Assembly (NCBI GenBank): GCA_021821045.1
Contig: JAKACW010000007.1
Coordinates: 25,983-89,982, forward strand
Source of the DNA: Pseudomonadota bacterium
GTDB taxonomy: Bacteria > Pseudomonadota > Gammaproteobacteria > JAADHS01
DNA length: 64,000 bases
Direction: 5' to 3'
How positions within the stretch are numbered: the stretch's first letter is position 1; every line of letters starts with the position of its first letter. Positions 1-11,806 of the stretch are shown here, piece by piece. A program made the translations under genes and the position numbers. The notes below the pieces were generated by a model, which was not told where the DNA came from, did not search any database, and saw only the letters and a list, made by a program, of their open reading frames with translations.

Positions 1-1133
1 GAACAGCGCCCGATTAGGCAAGCCTGTCAGCGAATCGTGCAAAGCTTCATGTTCCAGTCGTTTTGCCAACATATTGCGCTGCTCAATCTCGACTGCGAGT
101 TGGTCATTCGTCGCGCCGAGGCGTCGGTTCAATCGAACGGCATGGACCCCATACGCGAGCAACAGAGTGAGAAGAACACCGCTAAAAATCACCTCGTTTC
201 GATAGCGGTCGAAAAGCGCCATAAGATTGAACCGGGATACGCCGGCGTATGGCCCCACGCGAAGACGCATCATCAAATCATGCACCGGCTTGTAGTCCAG
301 AGGTATGGTCCAGCCCGCAATCTCGGCGGCCGCCGCCGCGGGATCTTCCGGCGTCATCCGCCACAACGCCGACGCAACGGACTGGGTCAGCGACTTCGGA
401 GTGTGCGATAGCGTGGCGAAGGGCCACTCTGGGTAAAGGGGCGTACTGTGCACGAATGGCAGCAACCCATCCTCTTGTTGGTTAAGAACACGGAAATCCT
501 CCGCGCGGACAATGCCCTGCTCGACCATATGTTCGAGTACGTTGCTGCGGATGGTGCCCGCATCAACGAGCCCGTCGCGCACTGCAAGAATCACATCGTC
601 TTGAGGAAAACCGGAAAAGCGCACTTGTGCGAGGTCCCGGTTTGGATCCATTCCCGCCTGACGCAACACATCCTCGACCATCCACCAGCCGCCGAAAGCG
701 TCGGGATGCACGGCCATGAAAGTCTTCCCCTTCAGATCGGACAGCTCGCGAATATCGCGGCGATCCGCGCGCGCGAGAATGACGGCGCCGAAAACCGGAT
801 ACACGCCAAAAGGCCCGGCCTTTTCCAGCGTGGCGATGCGCGCGACGCCATGGGTCACCTCCAGCGAGGCAAACGAAGCCGGATTGGTGAGCACAAATTC
901 GATTTGCCGCTGTGCTACCGCGCGGTCGATGTCATCCAGTGTGATAGGAACAATTTCGAAGCGATGGCCGGGAAGACTTTCGGATAAATAGTCTGCGGTC
1001 GGCTTCCACGTGCGGATCGCGACCTCCGCGCCGCGAAACGCCAAGACCCCGATGCGAACCGGCGAAGTCCCCGCGTAATCCGCGGTGGGCGTAAGAGCAA
1101 GAAAGCCCAATACAAGCACCAGCGCTCGCCGCA
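1..1133 (-). CDS. Sensor protein, N-terminal part (3' end runs off window start). Has a signal peptide, a PhnD/SsuA-like periplasmic binding domain, a TM segment and the beginning of a GGDEF domain.
   Basis: Own translation of the minus strand from ATG at 1133: MRRALVLVLGFLALTPTADYAGTSPVRIGVLAFRGAEV... through a hydrophobic segment to ...LEHEALHDSLTGLPNRAL at the window edge. DSLTGLPNR is the typical start of a GGDEF domain. Absent from the ORF track because there is no in-window stop. Confidence 0.6.
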
Positions 1134-1489
1134 TAACCCTCCCCCGTGGTAACTCTGTGGCGAATACAATCTTCCTGTCGCCGGCGAATCGAGGGCTGGG
1201 ACTCTTGCCACAATGATTGCCGCGGGGGCTCGGCGGCAACTCTGACGATGGCTTCCACGATCCGGCGTCGCCCAAAACGAATATCTCTGCACTACCCGCT
1301 AATCGTCAACGGTTCTGCGCCCGCCGAATGTTTCACGACGACGCTTACCGAGCGATCATTTCTGTTCTGTAAATTTATTATAGCCAGCGCAGGTCGATTG
1401 CCAAGGCACTCGCGGAGAGCGATAGGAAAGGTCCGGGCAACTACGTACCCACTTTAGGACGATTCAGGCATCGGTTGGTAACTACGATT

Positions 1490-1945
1490 TCAACGCCGCG
1501 CCTGAAAAAACGCCTTGAGCAATTCGCCGCAGGCCTCGGCCGACACGCCGCCCACCAGTGTTACGCGATGATTGAAACCCGGCGCCTGGTCGAGCTTGAC
1601 CACGCTGGCGGCGCCGGACTTTGGGTCCGCCGCGCCAAACACGACTCTCGCGACGCGAGCGTGGACGAGGGCGCCGTAGCACATGGCGCAGGGTTCGAGC
1701 GTGACGTAAAGCGTGGTATCTGGAATGCGGTAGTTGGAGAGTGATTTCCCGGCGGCGCGCAGCGCAACAATTTCGGCGTGTGCGCTCGGGTCGTTATCGC
1801 GGATGCAGCGGTTCATGCCTTGGCCGATAACGCGATCGTCTTGCACAATGACCGCGCCGACCGGCACTTCGCCGGCCTGCGCCGCTTCCCGCGCCAGTGA
1901 CAACGCGGCTTGCATCCATTGTTCGTCGGAGGTGGTCACTCCCAC
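1490..1945 (-). CDS. tadA: tRNA-specific adenosine deaminase
   Basis: 151 aa with HAE...PCAMC zinc-binding deaminase motifs ([21 protein letters not shown]). Overlaps guaA stop as usual. Confidence 0.85.
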   Translation of the reverse strand: MGVTTSDEQWMQAALSLAREAAQAGEVPVGAVIVQDDRVIGQGMNRCIRDNDPSAHAEIVALRAAGKSLSNYRIPDTTLYVTLEPCAMCYGALVHARVARVVFGAADPKSGAASVVKLDQAPGFNHRVTLVGGVSAEACGELLKAFFQARR

Positions 1946-3510
1946 TCGATCGTCGCCGGCGGCTTGCCGGAGATGTCGTAGACCACGCGGCTGATGCCGG
2001 CGATTTCATTGATGATGCGGTTGGACACCTTGCCGAGAAATTCGTAGGGCAAGTGGGCCCAGTGGGCGGTCATGAAGTCCACTGTTTCCACGGCGCGCAG
2101 CGACACGACGTAATCGTATTGTCGCGCGTCGCCCATGACACCGACCGAACGCACGGGCAGGAACACCACGAAGGCTTGGCTGACTTTGTCGTAAAGTCCA
2201 TCGCGGCGCAGCTCTTCGATGAAGATGGCGTCGGCGCGACGCAGCATATCAGCGTATTCTTTTTTCACTTCGCCCAGAATGCGCACGCCCAAGCCGGGAC
2301 CGGGGAAGGGATGGCGGTAAACCATATCAAACGGCAATCCCAGCTCGGTGCCGACTTTGCGCACTTCGTCCTTGAACAACTCGCGCAACGGTTCGAGCAG
2401 CTTGAGTTTCATTCGCTCGGGCAAGCCGCCGACGTTGTGATGGGATTTGATGACGTGGGCTTTACCGGTGGTCGCCGCCGCGGACTCGATCACATCGGGA
2501 TAAATTGTCCCTTGGGCCAGCCACTGCACGTCGTGAATTTTGGCTGCTTCTTCCTCGAATACTTCGATGAACACTCGGCCGATGATTTTGCGTTTCTGCT
2601 CCGGATCGTCGGCGCCCTTGAGTGCATCGAGGAAGCGCTGCTCTGCGTCGACGCGAATCACCCGAATGCCCATATTCTGAGTGAAGATCGCCATGACTTG
2701 ATCCGCTTCGTTGAGCCGCAGCAAACCGTTATCGACGAACACGCAAGTGAGTTGATCGCCGATGGCGCGATGCAACAGCGCGGCGACGACCGACGAATCC
2801 ACGCCGCCGGAAAGGCCGAGCAACACATGGCTGCCGCCCACTTTGTCGCGAACCTTGATGACACTCTCTTCGATGATGGCGCTGGGCGTCCAGGTACGCT
2901 CGCAGCCGCAAATGCCGTGGACGAAGCGGTCGATAATGCGCGCGCCTTGGCGGGTGTGAGTCACTTCGGGATGGAACTGCAAGGCGTAAAAATCGCGACT
3001 CTCGTCGGCCATCCCGCACATCGGCGCATTGTCACTGGAGGCAATCATCTTGAAGCCCGGCGGCATTTTGTTGACCCGATCGCCGTGGCTCATCCACACG
3101 TCCAACAGGCCGTAGCCCTCTTGCGTGACGTGATCTTCGATATCGCGCAGAAGTTTCGAATGGCCGCGAGCCCGCACCTGAGCAAAGCCAAACTCGCGAT
3201 GACTGGCCGACTCCACTTCGCCGTCCAACTGCGCCGCCATGGTCTGCATGCCGTAGCAAATACCCAGCACCGGAACACCGAGAGTAAACACCAACTCAGG
3301 CGCCCGCGGCGTGCCGACCAGTCGCACCGATTCCGGCCCGCCGGACAAGATGATCCCCGCCGGATTGAAATGGCGGATAAAGGCGTCGTTGGTATCCCAC
3401 GGATGGATCTCGCAATAGACGCCGGCTTCGCGCACGCGTCGGGCAATAAGCTGGGTGTACTGGGATCCGAAATCGAGAATCAGAATGGGTTTAGCGTGAA
3501 TGGATGTCAT
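1936..3510 (-). CDS. guaA: GMP synthase (glutamine-hydrolysing)
   Basis: 524 aa with an N-terminal class I glutamine amidotransferase domain ([27 protein letters not shown]), an ATP-PPase SGGVDSS motif and the conserved C-terminus ...KPPATIEWE. Confidence 0.95.
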   Translation of the reverse strand: MTSIHAKPILILDFGSQYTQLIARRVREAGVYCEIHPWDTNDAFIRHFNPAGIILSGGPESVRLVGTPRAPELVFTLGVPVLGICYGMQTMAAQLDGEVESASHREFGFAQVRARGHSKLLRDIEDHVTQEGYGLLDVWMSHGDRVNKMPPGFKMIASSDNAPMCGMADESRDFYALQFHPEVTHTRQGARIIDRFVHGICGCERTWTPSAIIEESVIKVRDKVGGSHVLLGLSGGVDSSVVAALLHRAIGDQLTCVFVDNGLLRLNEADQVMAIFTQNMGIRVIRVDAEQRFLDALKGADDPEQKRKIIGRVFIEVFEEEAAKIHDVQWLAQGTIYPDVIESAAATTGKAHVIKSHHNVGGLPERMKLKLLEPLRELFKDEVRKVGTELGLPFDMVYRHPFPGPGLGVRILGEVKKEYADMLRRADAIFIEELRRDGLYDKVSQAFVVFLPVRSVGVMGDARQYDYVVSLRAVETVDFMTAHWAHLPYEFLGKVSNRIINEIAGISRVVYDISGKPPATIEWE

Positions 3511-3515
3511 CGTGT

Positions 3516-5006
<1,491 letters not shown>

Positions 5007-5170
5007 TTATAGGTTTTTCATCGGTCCGCGTAAATGTTTAAGTTGAACCAAAATGCCCTGTGTGTGATGTTACGATAACGCACGGTGCAACGCCCACGCA
5101 GGCCTGCGGTCGAATTGTTGGCGTTTTCATCTGCAATTCCACGATGGCAAGAGGGTAAGAAGGGAATTTA

Positions 5171-6568
5171 ATGCCACCAGTCTCCGCCCATACCGCCTCC
5201 GGCAGCCCGCTGCCCTCCGAAGTCGACATCCTCAGCGTTTCGCGCCTCAATGCCACGGTACGCCTAATTCTCGAAGACGGCTTCCCCGAACCGGTGTGGG
5301 TCGAGGGTGAAATATCCAACTTTTCCCGGCCGAGTTCCGGTCATTGGTATTTCTCGCTCAAGGATGCCACGGCCCAGGTTCGCTGCGCGATGTTTCGCCA
5401 GGCCAACGCCAAGTTGCGGCTTACCCCGGAGCACTGCGCGCGGGTCATCGTGCGCGCCCGCGTGAGCGTGTACGAAGCACGGGGCGACTACCAACTGATC
5501 GCCGATTATATGGAGCCGGCCGGGAGCGGCGAGTTGCAGCGCGCCTTCGAAGCGCTCAAGCAAAAACTCTTTGCCGAGGGCTTGTTCGACGAAGCGCGCA
5601 AGAAGCCGCTGCCCGAGTTCGCTCAGTGTATCGGAGTCATCACCTCCCCCACCGGCGCGGCGATACGCGACATCTTGAGCGTGGTGAGGCGGCGCTTCCC
5701 CGCCATGCCCGTCATTGTTTACCCGGTGGCCGTTCAGGGCGACAACGCCGCGCCGCAAATCGAACGTGCATTGCAAACGGCCGCGCGACGGGACGAGTGC
5801 GACGTGCTCATCCTGGCCCGCGGCGGCGGATCGCTGGAAGACTTGTGGGCGTTCAACCAGGAGCGCGTGGCGAGGGCCATCGCCGCTTGTCCAATTCCCA
5901 TCGTCAGCGGCGTGGGCCACGAGATCGATTTCACCATCGCGGATTTTGTCGCCGACCATCGCGCGCCCACCCCTACCGCGGCGGCGGAGCTATTGACGCC
6001 CGATCAGAAGCAATGGATCGATTCCATCACTGCGGCCCGATCACGACTGGCCAATTTGATGCGCAAAGCGCTCATAAGCCGCCGGCAAAATCTGGGGTGG
6101 CTGGAGAAACGCCTCGATCAGCAGCACCCGGCCCAACGCCTCAATCAGCGCCGCCAACGCCTGGATGAATTGGAGCTGCGTCTGGCGCGGGCGCAACGCA
6201 CGCTTTTGCGCCATTGGCGGGCGCGCAGTGAGAATCTGCTGGTCCAACTCTATCGGCACTCGCCGTGGCAAACGGTGCAGCGCTACGGCGACCGGCAGCA
6301 TCAATTGACCCAGCGCCTGCGCCTTGCCATGCAAAACAACATCGCGCGGGCGCGTCAGCGCTTGGCGGTGACGTCACGCGCCCTCGATGCGGTCAGTCCG
6401 TTGGCGACGTTATCCCGCGGATACGCCATCGTGTCCCGCGCCGACGACGGTCGCATCCTGAAAAACGCAGCCGATGCCCGACCGGGCGAAGGCGTCGTCG
6501 CGCGGCTGTGCGAGGGAAGTCTGCTGTGTAGTGTCGACTCCGTTAAAACAACGACTGATGAGAAGTAA
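5171..6568 (+). CDS. xseA: Exodeoxyribonuclease VII large subunit
   Basis: 465 aa with an OB-fold N-terminus (VWVEGEISNFSRPSSGHWYFSLKD) and a coiled-coil C-terminal half rich in Arg/Gln repeats. Confidence 0.9.
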   Translation: MPPVSAHTASGSPLPSEVDILSVSRLNATVRLILEDGFPEPVWVEGEISNFSRPSSGHWYFSLKDATAQVRCAMFRQANAKLRLTPEHCARVIVRARVSVYEARGDYQLIADYMEPAGSGELQRAFEALKQKLFAEGLFDEARKKPLPEFAQCIGVITSPTGAAIRDILSVVRRRFPAMPVIVYPVAVQGDNAAPQIERALQTAARRDECDVLILARGGGSLEDLWAFNQERVARAIAACPIPIVSGVGHEIDFTIADFVADHRAPTPTAAAELLTPDQKQWIDSITAARSRLANLMRKALISRRQNLGWLEKRLDQQHPAQRLNQRRQRLDELELRLARAQRTLLRHWRARSENLLVQLYRHSPWQTVQRYGDRQHQLTQRLRLAMQNNIARARQRLAVTSRALDAVSPLATLSRGYAIVSRADDGRILKNAADARPGEGVVARLCEGSLLCSVDSVKTTTDEK

Positions 6569-6610
6569 GCTATGGCTCCCCTGAATAGCTGTCTGGAAGT
6601 ATCCCCATTG

Positions 6611-6670
6611 TTGGAGCGGATCATTCCGCGATTGACTCGTCGAAGAATCGCGGAATGATCCGCTCCCACA
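6611..6670. repeat. REP-like inverted-repeat element (family GTGGGAGCGGATCATTCCGCGATT / AATCGCGGAATGATCCGCTCCCACA)
   Basis: ttggagcggatcattccgcgatt ... aatcgcggaatgatccgctcccaca seen directly. Same family as at 7583, 9633, 34878, 37745, 42778, 45229 and 47238. Confidence 0.8.
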
Positions 6671-6694
6671 CAATAGCGATATCAGCGAGTTGAA

Positions 6695-7537
6695 TTGAAT
6701 CAGATGATCAAAGCGCTTTTCTTCCTCATCACCGCCACCCTCCTATTGGTCAAAGTGGCCATCGCGCAAACATTGCCCACCGAAGCCATGGTTCCCGGCG
6801 GCGTCGCCATCATCCCGGTGGCGAGCGGCGAACGACCCCGTGTGGAATACAACGGGCAGCGCGTGTTGACCATCAAGAAGGACGACAAGTGGCACGCCGT
6901 CGTCGGGATTCCGTTGGACGCTCAACTCGGCCAGCACAAATTGACGGTTAAGGCCGTCGGCGAGGAAGCCAAGGTGCAACCGCTACAAATCGCCTTCGCG
7001 GTGAGTGACAAAGCCTACGCCACCCAGCGCTTGACCATCACCGACAAACGCAAAGTCGAACCGCTGGCCGAGGACATGACGCGCATTCAAGCGGAAACGG
7101 CAAAGATCGTCGCCGCGTTTCGTCAATGGACGGACATGCTGCCGTCGGATTTGGTCTTTGCCTCACCGACCGAAGGTGTACGCAGCAGCTCTTTCGGTTT
7201 ACGCCGTTACTTCAACGATCTCGCCCGCAAACCCCATAGCGGCATGGATATCGCCGCGCCAACGGGCACACCAGTCACCGTTCCGCTCGAAGGGCGCGTG
7301 ATTCTAATCGGCGATTTCTTTTTCAACGGTCAGTCCGTATTCATCGATCACGGCCAGGGCCTAATCAGCATGTACTGCCATCTGAGCCGCATCGACGTCA
7401 AGGAAGGCCAGGAGGTGAAACGCGGCGATCCACTCGGCGCCGTCGGCGCCACCGGCCGCGTTACCGGTCCGCACTTGCATTGGACTATCAGCCTCAATGA
7501 CGCCAGGGTCGATCCGGCGCTGTTTTTGAGAGACTAA
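6695..7537 (+). CDS. M23 family peptidoglycan metalloendopeptidase (periplasmic, signal peptide)
   Basis: 280 aa with an N-terminal signal peptide and a C-terminal LytM/M23 domain (HSGMDIAAPTGTPV, GATGRVTGPHLHW). Confidence 0.8.
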   Translation: MNQMIKALFFLITATLLLVKVAIAQTLPTEAMVPGGVAIIPVASGERPRVEYNGQRVLTIKKDDKWHAVVGIPLDAQLGQHKLTVKAVGEEAKVQPLQIAFAVSDKAYATQRLTITDKRKVEPLAEDMTRIQAETAKIVAAFRQWTDMLPSDLVFASPTEGVRSSSFGLRRYFNDLARKPHSGMDIAAPTGTPVTVPLEGRVILIGDFFFNGQSVFIDHGQGLISMYCHLSRIDVKEGQEVKRGDPLGAVGATGRVTGPHLHWTISLNDARVDPALFLRD

Positions 7538-7582
7538 TGTAGGAACGGATTTATCGAAGATTCCTGCGACCAAGCTGTTCTC

Positions 7583-7649
7583 ATCGCGGAATGATCCGCT
7601 CCCACAACAATACTGCTATCCCAATGTGGGAGCGGATTATTCCGCGATT
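7583..7649. repeat. REP-like inverted-repeat element
   Basis: atcgcggaatgatccgctcccaca ... tgtgggagcggattattccgcgatt. Confidence 0.8.
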
Positions 7650-7661
7650 CTTCAGGCAATC

Positions 7662-9503
7662 CTACGCATCACTATCGCGCCCAATATCGCACCAGGCGCA
7701 CTGCTCCACCTCCGGCGCGGTGAGCACTTCCTCCGTGACCGGATTCGGCCGAAACACCGTCACACCTTTCAAGCCCAGATCGTATGCCCGCATGAACACA
7801 TCCTTGAACTTATCGAAAGGATAGTTCTTCGGAATGTTGATCGTCTTCGATATGGCGCTGTCGACATAAGGCTGCAGAGTCGCTTGCATGGCAAGGTGGT
7901 CATCGGGCGCGATGTTGTGAGCGTCAACGAAATTAACCGGCAACCCTCCCTCATGCCCTTCCCGCCACCACGCGACCGCGTAATCTTGCACGTCATAGCG
8001 ACCAAAACCGCCGTTCTCGCCGACGATGCGACGCGAATATTCGGCGGAAAATATCGGCTCCAATCCGCTGGACACGTTATTGGCCAGCAGGCTAATGGTG
8101 CCGGTCGGCGCGATGGCTAGCAAATGACTGTTGCGAATACCGTGGACCCGTATCTTGTCCCGCAGCGCAGGCGGCAACTGCCGAATAAAAGGTCGTTCGC
8201 CATACAGCCGCGGCTCATAGAACGGAAACGGCCCGCGCTCGACCGCCAATTCGACTGACGCTTCATACGCGCTGTGGCTAATCAACTTCATAATGTCGCG
8301 CGCCCGCGCCAAACTCGGCTCGCCGCCATAGCGCAGCCCAAGCATCACCAGCGCATCGGCGAGACCGGTGATGCCCAGTCCGATGCGCCGGCTGCCGCGG
8401 GCTTGTTCCGCTTGCTGCGCCAATGGAAACGGCGAGGCGTCGATCACGTTGTCCAAAAATCGCACGGCTGTGGCGACTGCATCGCGAATGCCCTCGTCGT
8501 CCATGGCGGCGGCCGGCGTAAACGGCTGACGAACGAATTGCACGAGATTGAGCGAGCCCAGATTGCACGCACCGTAGGACGGCAGCGGCAACTCGCCGCA
8601 CGGGTTGGTGGCGCTGATTCGTTCGCGATAGCCGAGATTGTTTTGATTGTTGATGCGGTCGATGAACAGCACGCCGGGTTCGGCGCTGGTGTACGCCGCT
8701 TTCATGAGCGTATCCCACAGGGCACGGGCGGACACCACCTTGTGAATGCGGCACGTCACCGGCTTTGCCGCGTGGCTCCATGCGCGCTGCAGGGTCTCGC
8801 CCTCGGCCGTTTCGCCCTCCGCCAGTGGAAAAACCAGCGGCCATGGCCGATCCTGTCGCACTGCTTCGACGAAATCATCGCTAACCAAGACGGAAACATT
8901 GAAGTGGCGCAACACGCCATGGGTTTGCTTGGCGGCAATGAACGTCTCGATATCCGGATGATCGCAGCGCAGCGTGGCCATCATCGCACCGCGGCGCGCG
9001 CCGGTGGAGAGAATCGTCGCGCACATGGCATCCCAAATTTGCATGAACGACACCGGTCCGGACGCAATGGCACCGCTCCCCCGCGCGCGTGTTCCCGCCG
9101 GTCGCAGCGTGGAAAAATCATAACCAACGCCGCCGCCCTGCTGCATGGTGATCGCTCCTTCCTTAAGCGCATCGAAAATGCCCGTCATGGAGTCGACGAC
9201 TTCACCCATGACAAAGCAATTGAACAAGGTGACGCGTTTAGGCGTGCCGGCGCCGGCCAGAATGCGGCCGCCGGGCAAGAAGCGGAAATTCTCCAGCAGG
9301 CGATAAAACGCCGTTTCGTGCTGGTGGGTGTGTTTAGGTTCAACGTGCGCGACGAACTTGGCCACGCGGCGCCATGTTTCTTCGATCGTGGATTCGCACA
9401 CGCCCGCGGCATCGCAGTAGCGGTACTTCGTCTGCCACACATGCTCCGCCAGTCCCTGGCGAAACCAGGGAGCACGGGGTGTTTTCGACTGGGAACTCGA
9501 CAT
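7662..9503 (-). CDS. nrdJ: Adenosylcobalamin-dependent (class II) ribonucleoside-triphosphate/diphosphate reductase
   Basis: 613 aa with no NrdB-like partner. Class II RNR-like motifs (NPCGELPL, GLGITGLADAL, ATAPTGTISLL). Assignment is from recollection of the family. Confidence 0.8.
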   Translation of the reverse strand: MSSSQSKTPRAPWFRQGLAEHVWQTKYRYCDAAGVCESTIEETWRRVAKFVAHVEPKHTHQHETAFYRLLENFRFLPGGRILAGAGTPKRVTLFNCFVMGEVVDSMTGIFDALKEGAITMQQGGGVGYDFSTLRPAGTRARGSGAIASGPVSFMQIWDAMCATILSTGARRGAMMATLRCDHPDIETFIAAKQTHGVLRHFNVSVLVSDDFVEAVRQDRPWPLVFPLAEGETAEGETLQRAWSHAAKPVTCRIHKVVSARALWDTLMKAAYTSAEPGVLFIDRINNQNNLGYRERISATNPCGELPLPSYGACNLGSLNLVQFVRQPFTPAAAMDDEGIRDAVATAVRFLDNVIDASPFPLAQQAEQARGSRRIGLGITGLADALVMLGLRYGGEPSLARARDIMKLISHSAYEASVELAVERGPFPFYEPRLYGERPFIRQLPPALRDKIRVHGIRNSHLLAIAPTGTISLLANNVSSGLEPIFSAEYSRRIVGENGGFGRYDVQDYAVAWWREGHEGGLPVNFVDAHNIAPDDHLAMQATLQPYVDSAISKTINIPKNYPFDKFKDVFMRAYDLGLKGVTVFRPNPVTEEVLTAPEVEQCAWCDIGRDSDA

Positions 9504-9632
9504 ACCGGCGCACCGTTTTTGTTAACGGTGGCAACAGGCTAACACCTCGGCACGGGCAGGTAAAGCGCGGCCGGATTCGCCGCGTGATCTCCTTCCGATA
9601 ATCAGCGATATTGTCGTGGGACCGACATCGTC

Positions 9633-9795
9633 GTGGGAGCGGATCATTCCGCGATTGAATCGGCAGTAGCGCCAAGTCAGGAAAGAATCGCGGTAGGAAA
9701 CCGCTCCCACAACCAACTGGGCTCCCCCCGTGGGAGCGGATCATTCCGCGATTCTTGGCCGGATCGATTGCGGATAAATCCGCTCCTACGAAGAA
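9633..9795. repeat. Composite REP-like element (hairpin unit plus extra arm); the same ~95-bp unit is tandemly duplicated at 34878-35110
   Basis: gtgggagcggatcattccgcgattgaatcggcagtagcgccaagtcaggaaagaatcgcggtaggaaaccgctcccacaaccaactgggctccccccgtgggagcggatcattccgcgatt... Confidence 0.8.
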
Positions 9796-9838
9796 CTTCC
9801 GCCTACGGAGCGCAGATCAAGCTTCGCCGAGAGGCGGA

Positions 9839-10204
9839 TCATGCAGCCAGTTCGAGCTCGACGATTTCGTCCAAGATTTCGGCAATCGAAACGCCACCAT
9901 AGTTGGCAAGGTTCGCCATGCACTCGTCCCCGCTGAGGCTCGCTGCGTAGTAAACGGCCGTCATTCCATCCTCGATATCGGAGTCGCAGAAAGCATGACG
10001 GGGAAACAGGTCCTGCAATGCGTAGTCGTCGCGAATTGACTCTAAGATACTGATCCAGCTCTCGCGCGACCGTTTTTGATGGGGATCCCAGCCCTGCCGA
10101 ACGAGCACGTCGGCCCAGAGGAACCTGTAATGCGCCTTCAGGGCAACCTTCTCGGCCAACCACTTTGATTCATCCATCGTATTCGCGCCATTGATGATTT
10201 CCAT
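9839..10204 (-). CDS. Hypothetical protein (121 aa)
   Basis: Clean ORF in the intergenic gap between nrdJ and the cytochrome gene. No family recognised. Confidence 0.3.
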   Translation of the reverse strand: MEIINGANTMDESKWLAEKVALKAHYRFLWADVLVRQGWDPHQKRSRESWISILESIRDDYALQDLFPRHAFCDSDIEDGMTAVYYAASLSGDECMANLANYGGVSIAEILDEIVELELAA

Positions 10205-10363
10205 GCTGGCTATCTTACCGGCACCACGAGCTTCGGGCGGCGCGGCAAGCTTGCCAAGTGCGCCCGAACCGCCATGCGAACATTCACAAGCTTACCAACG
10301 CGCAAACCACCAAACGTGCCAACTAAAATTCCGCTCCGTAAGGCTCCAACACGGAAAGGACCT

Positions 10364-11806
10364 ATGAGCGAACAACCACGATTTACCCGTTTTCGGCCGA
10401 CGCGCGCCGGTATCGCCGGCATAATATTGATCGCGGTCAGTGCCCTATGGGTCCTGGCCCGCCCGTTTGACTACGATCCGGCCCGATTGCCGCAGAGCGC
10501 ATCGTGCATGGAGGACCTCAAGGACACCCTCGACCGCGCGGGTCACCTTGAAGACATGGCATGGCGCGGTTGCCTCGTGGTAACGGACACCGCTCGCCAC
10601 TTTGCGCGCTATGCCACCTCCCAATCTAATCCATCCACAGCGGTACGCTCATGCATCGAGTGCCATGACGGTGCGACAGCACCCACCTTTGCCTCAATGT
10701 GGACTTACTTTCCGCGCTACAACGTCGCCAAACAGCGCGTGGAAGATTTCGCCCAAGCTATCCAGGATGAAATCGTGACTCGCTACAACGGCACCATTCC
10801 CGTGCGCAGCGACGTCGCAGTATCTACTCTCTATGTATATGCGTTTTTCAAGGCCAGCCAGGCGGGACTGACGTTTGCGCAAGATACAGTGGATCAAACA
10901 CCGATCAGCGAACTTCAGCTCCAGACCCTACGAACGACCGATTCCTGCCGCCGTGTTTTTGCACATAAAGGGTTTCCGCGGGGGCCCAATTCACCGTATA
11001 TCGTAGAAGGTTGCAACCTCGTCACGGACACGCATAACCACGTCTACACTGCCGCCAACCTCTGGCGCACAGATATGATTTGCGAGAACTGCCATCTCGA
11101 CGCCGGCACCCGCCCCTTTGCCGGACCGCTTGCCATGGGCGCGGTAATGTTGCCCATCCACATGACGCCGCTCAACAAGCCGATTCGATTCGATCGCCGG
11201 ATACTGATGTGCTTCGCCCGCTCGCTCAACTGGTTCGACATGGGGCGCGATGCGCCATTTCTGACCTACGTTCGCATGTACGCCAATTGGCTTGCTCAGC
11301 ATGACGGTTTGCAGATCGGGCGAATATACGAAGGCCGTGGCATACCCATGCTCTATGACACCGATGGCGCTGGCAGCAGCATTCTTGCCGGAGAAAAGGC
11401 TTACCAAAAGCACTGCATCCGATGCCACGGGAAAAACGCCTGGGGCGGGATGGGCCCCGTGTACAACGGGAAGGAACCGCCGCCGATCGCCGGACCCAAT
11501 AGCTTTACAGCGTTGGCCACCACCGCCTCGCGCAACCGCTTGGCAGGCTTCATTCTAAACAACATGCCCCCAGGGGCGAGTCACGACTCGCCGATCCTAT
11601 CCGAGCAGCAAGCCTTGGACGTGGCCATATATATAGAATCGCTGGGCCGACCGGCGGACTTCGTCAAGACCAACCGCTTGAGCCAGTTTGGTAACTATTT
11701 GTGGCTAAACGCTATTTACCACGGGGCCAGGTTGTTGCGCGATCCGATCACCTCCGCCTCCCCAATCGTCAAAGCGACGGACACCACCCATGCTTACATC
11801 GAGTAG
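10364..11806 (+). CDS. Membrane-anchored c-type cytochrome with three CxxCH haem-binding motifs
   Basis: CIECH, CENCH and CIRCH motifs. N-terminal TM anchor (AGIAGIILIAVSALWVL) after the likely start MSEQPRF. The track ORF starts earlier at 10274. Confidence 0.7.
   Translation: MSEQPRFTRFRPTRAGIAGIILIAVSALWVLARPFDYDPARLPQSASCMEDLKDTLDRAGHLEDMAWRGCLVVTDTARHFARYATSQSNPSTAVRSCIECHDGATAPTFASMWTYFPRYNVAKQRVEDFAQAIQDEIVTRYNGTIPVRSDVAVSTLYVYAFFKASQAGLTFAQDTVDQTPISELQLQTLRTTDSCRRVFAHKGFPRGPNSPYIVEGCNLVTDTHNHVYTAANLWRTDMICENCHLDAGTRPFAGPLAMGAVMLPIHMTPLNKPIRFDRRILMCFARSLNWFDMGRDAPFLTYVRMYANWLAQHDGLQIGRIYEGRGIPMLYDTDGAGSSILAGEKAYQKHCIRCHGKNAWGGMGPVYNGKEPPPIAGPNSFTALATTASRNRLAGFILNNMPPGASHDSPILSEQQALDVAIYIESLGRPADFVKTNRLSQFGNYLWLNAIYHGARLLRDPITSASPIVKATDTTHAYIE

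Noticed and set aside
448-987. 179-aa + strand ORF at the window start
   Set aside because: Lies antisense to the better-supported periplasmic-binding/GGDEF sensor gene on the minus strand.
8274-9542. 422-aa + strand ORF antisense to nrdJ
   Set aside because: Low-complexity Arg/Ala/Gly-rich antisense artefact.
9504-9632. Possible riboswitch or NrdR box upstream of nrdJ
   Set aside because: Looked for conserved B12-riboswitch-like or NrdR-box-like sequence and could not recognise either. This was not pursued.
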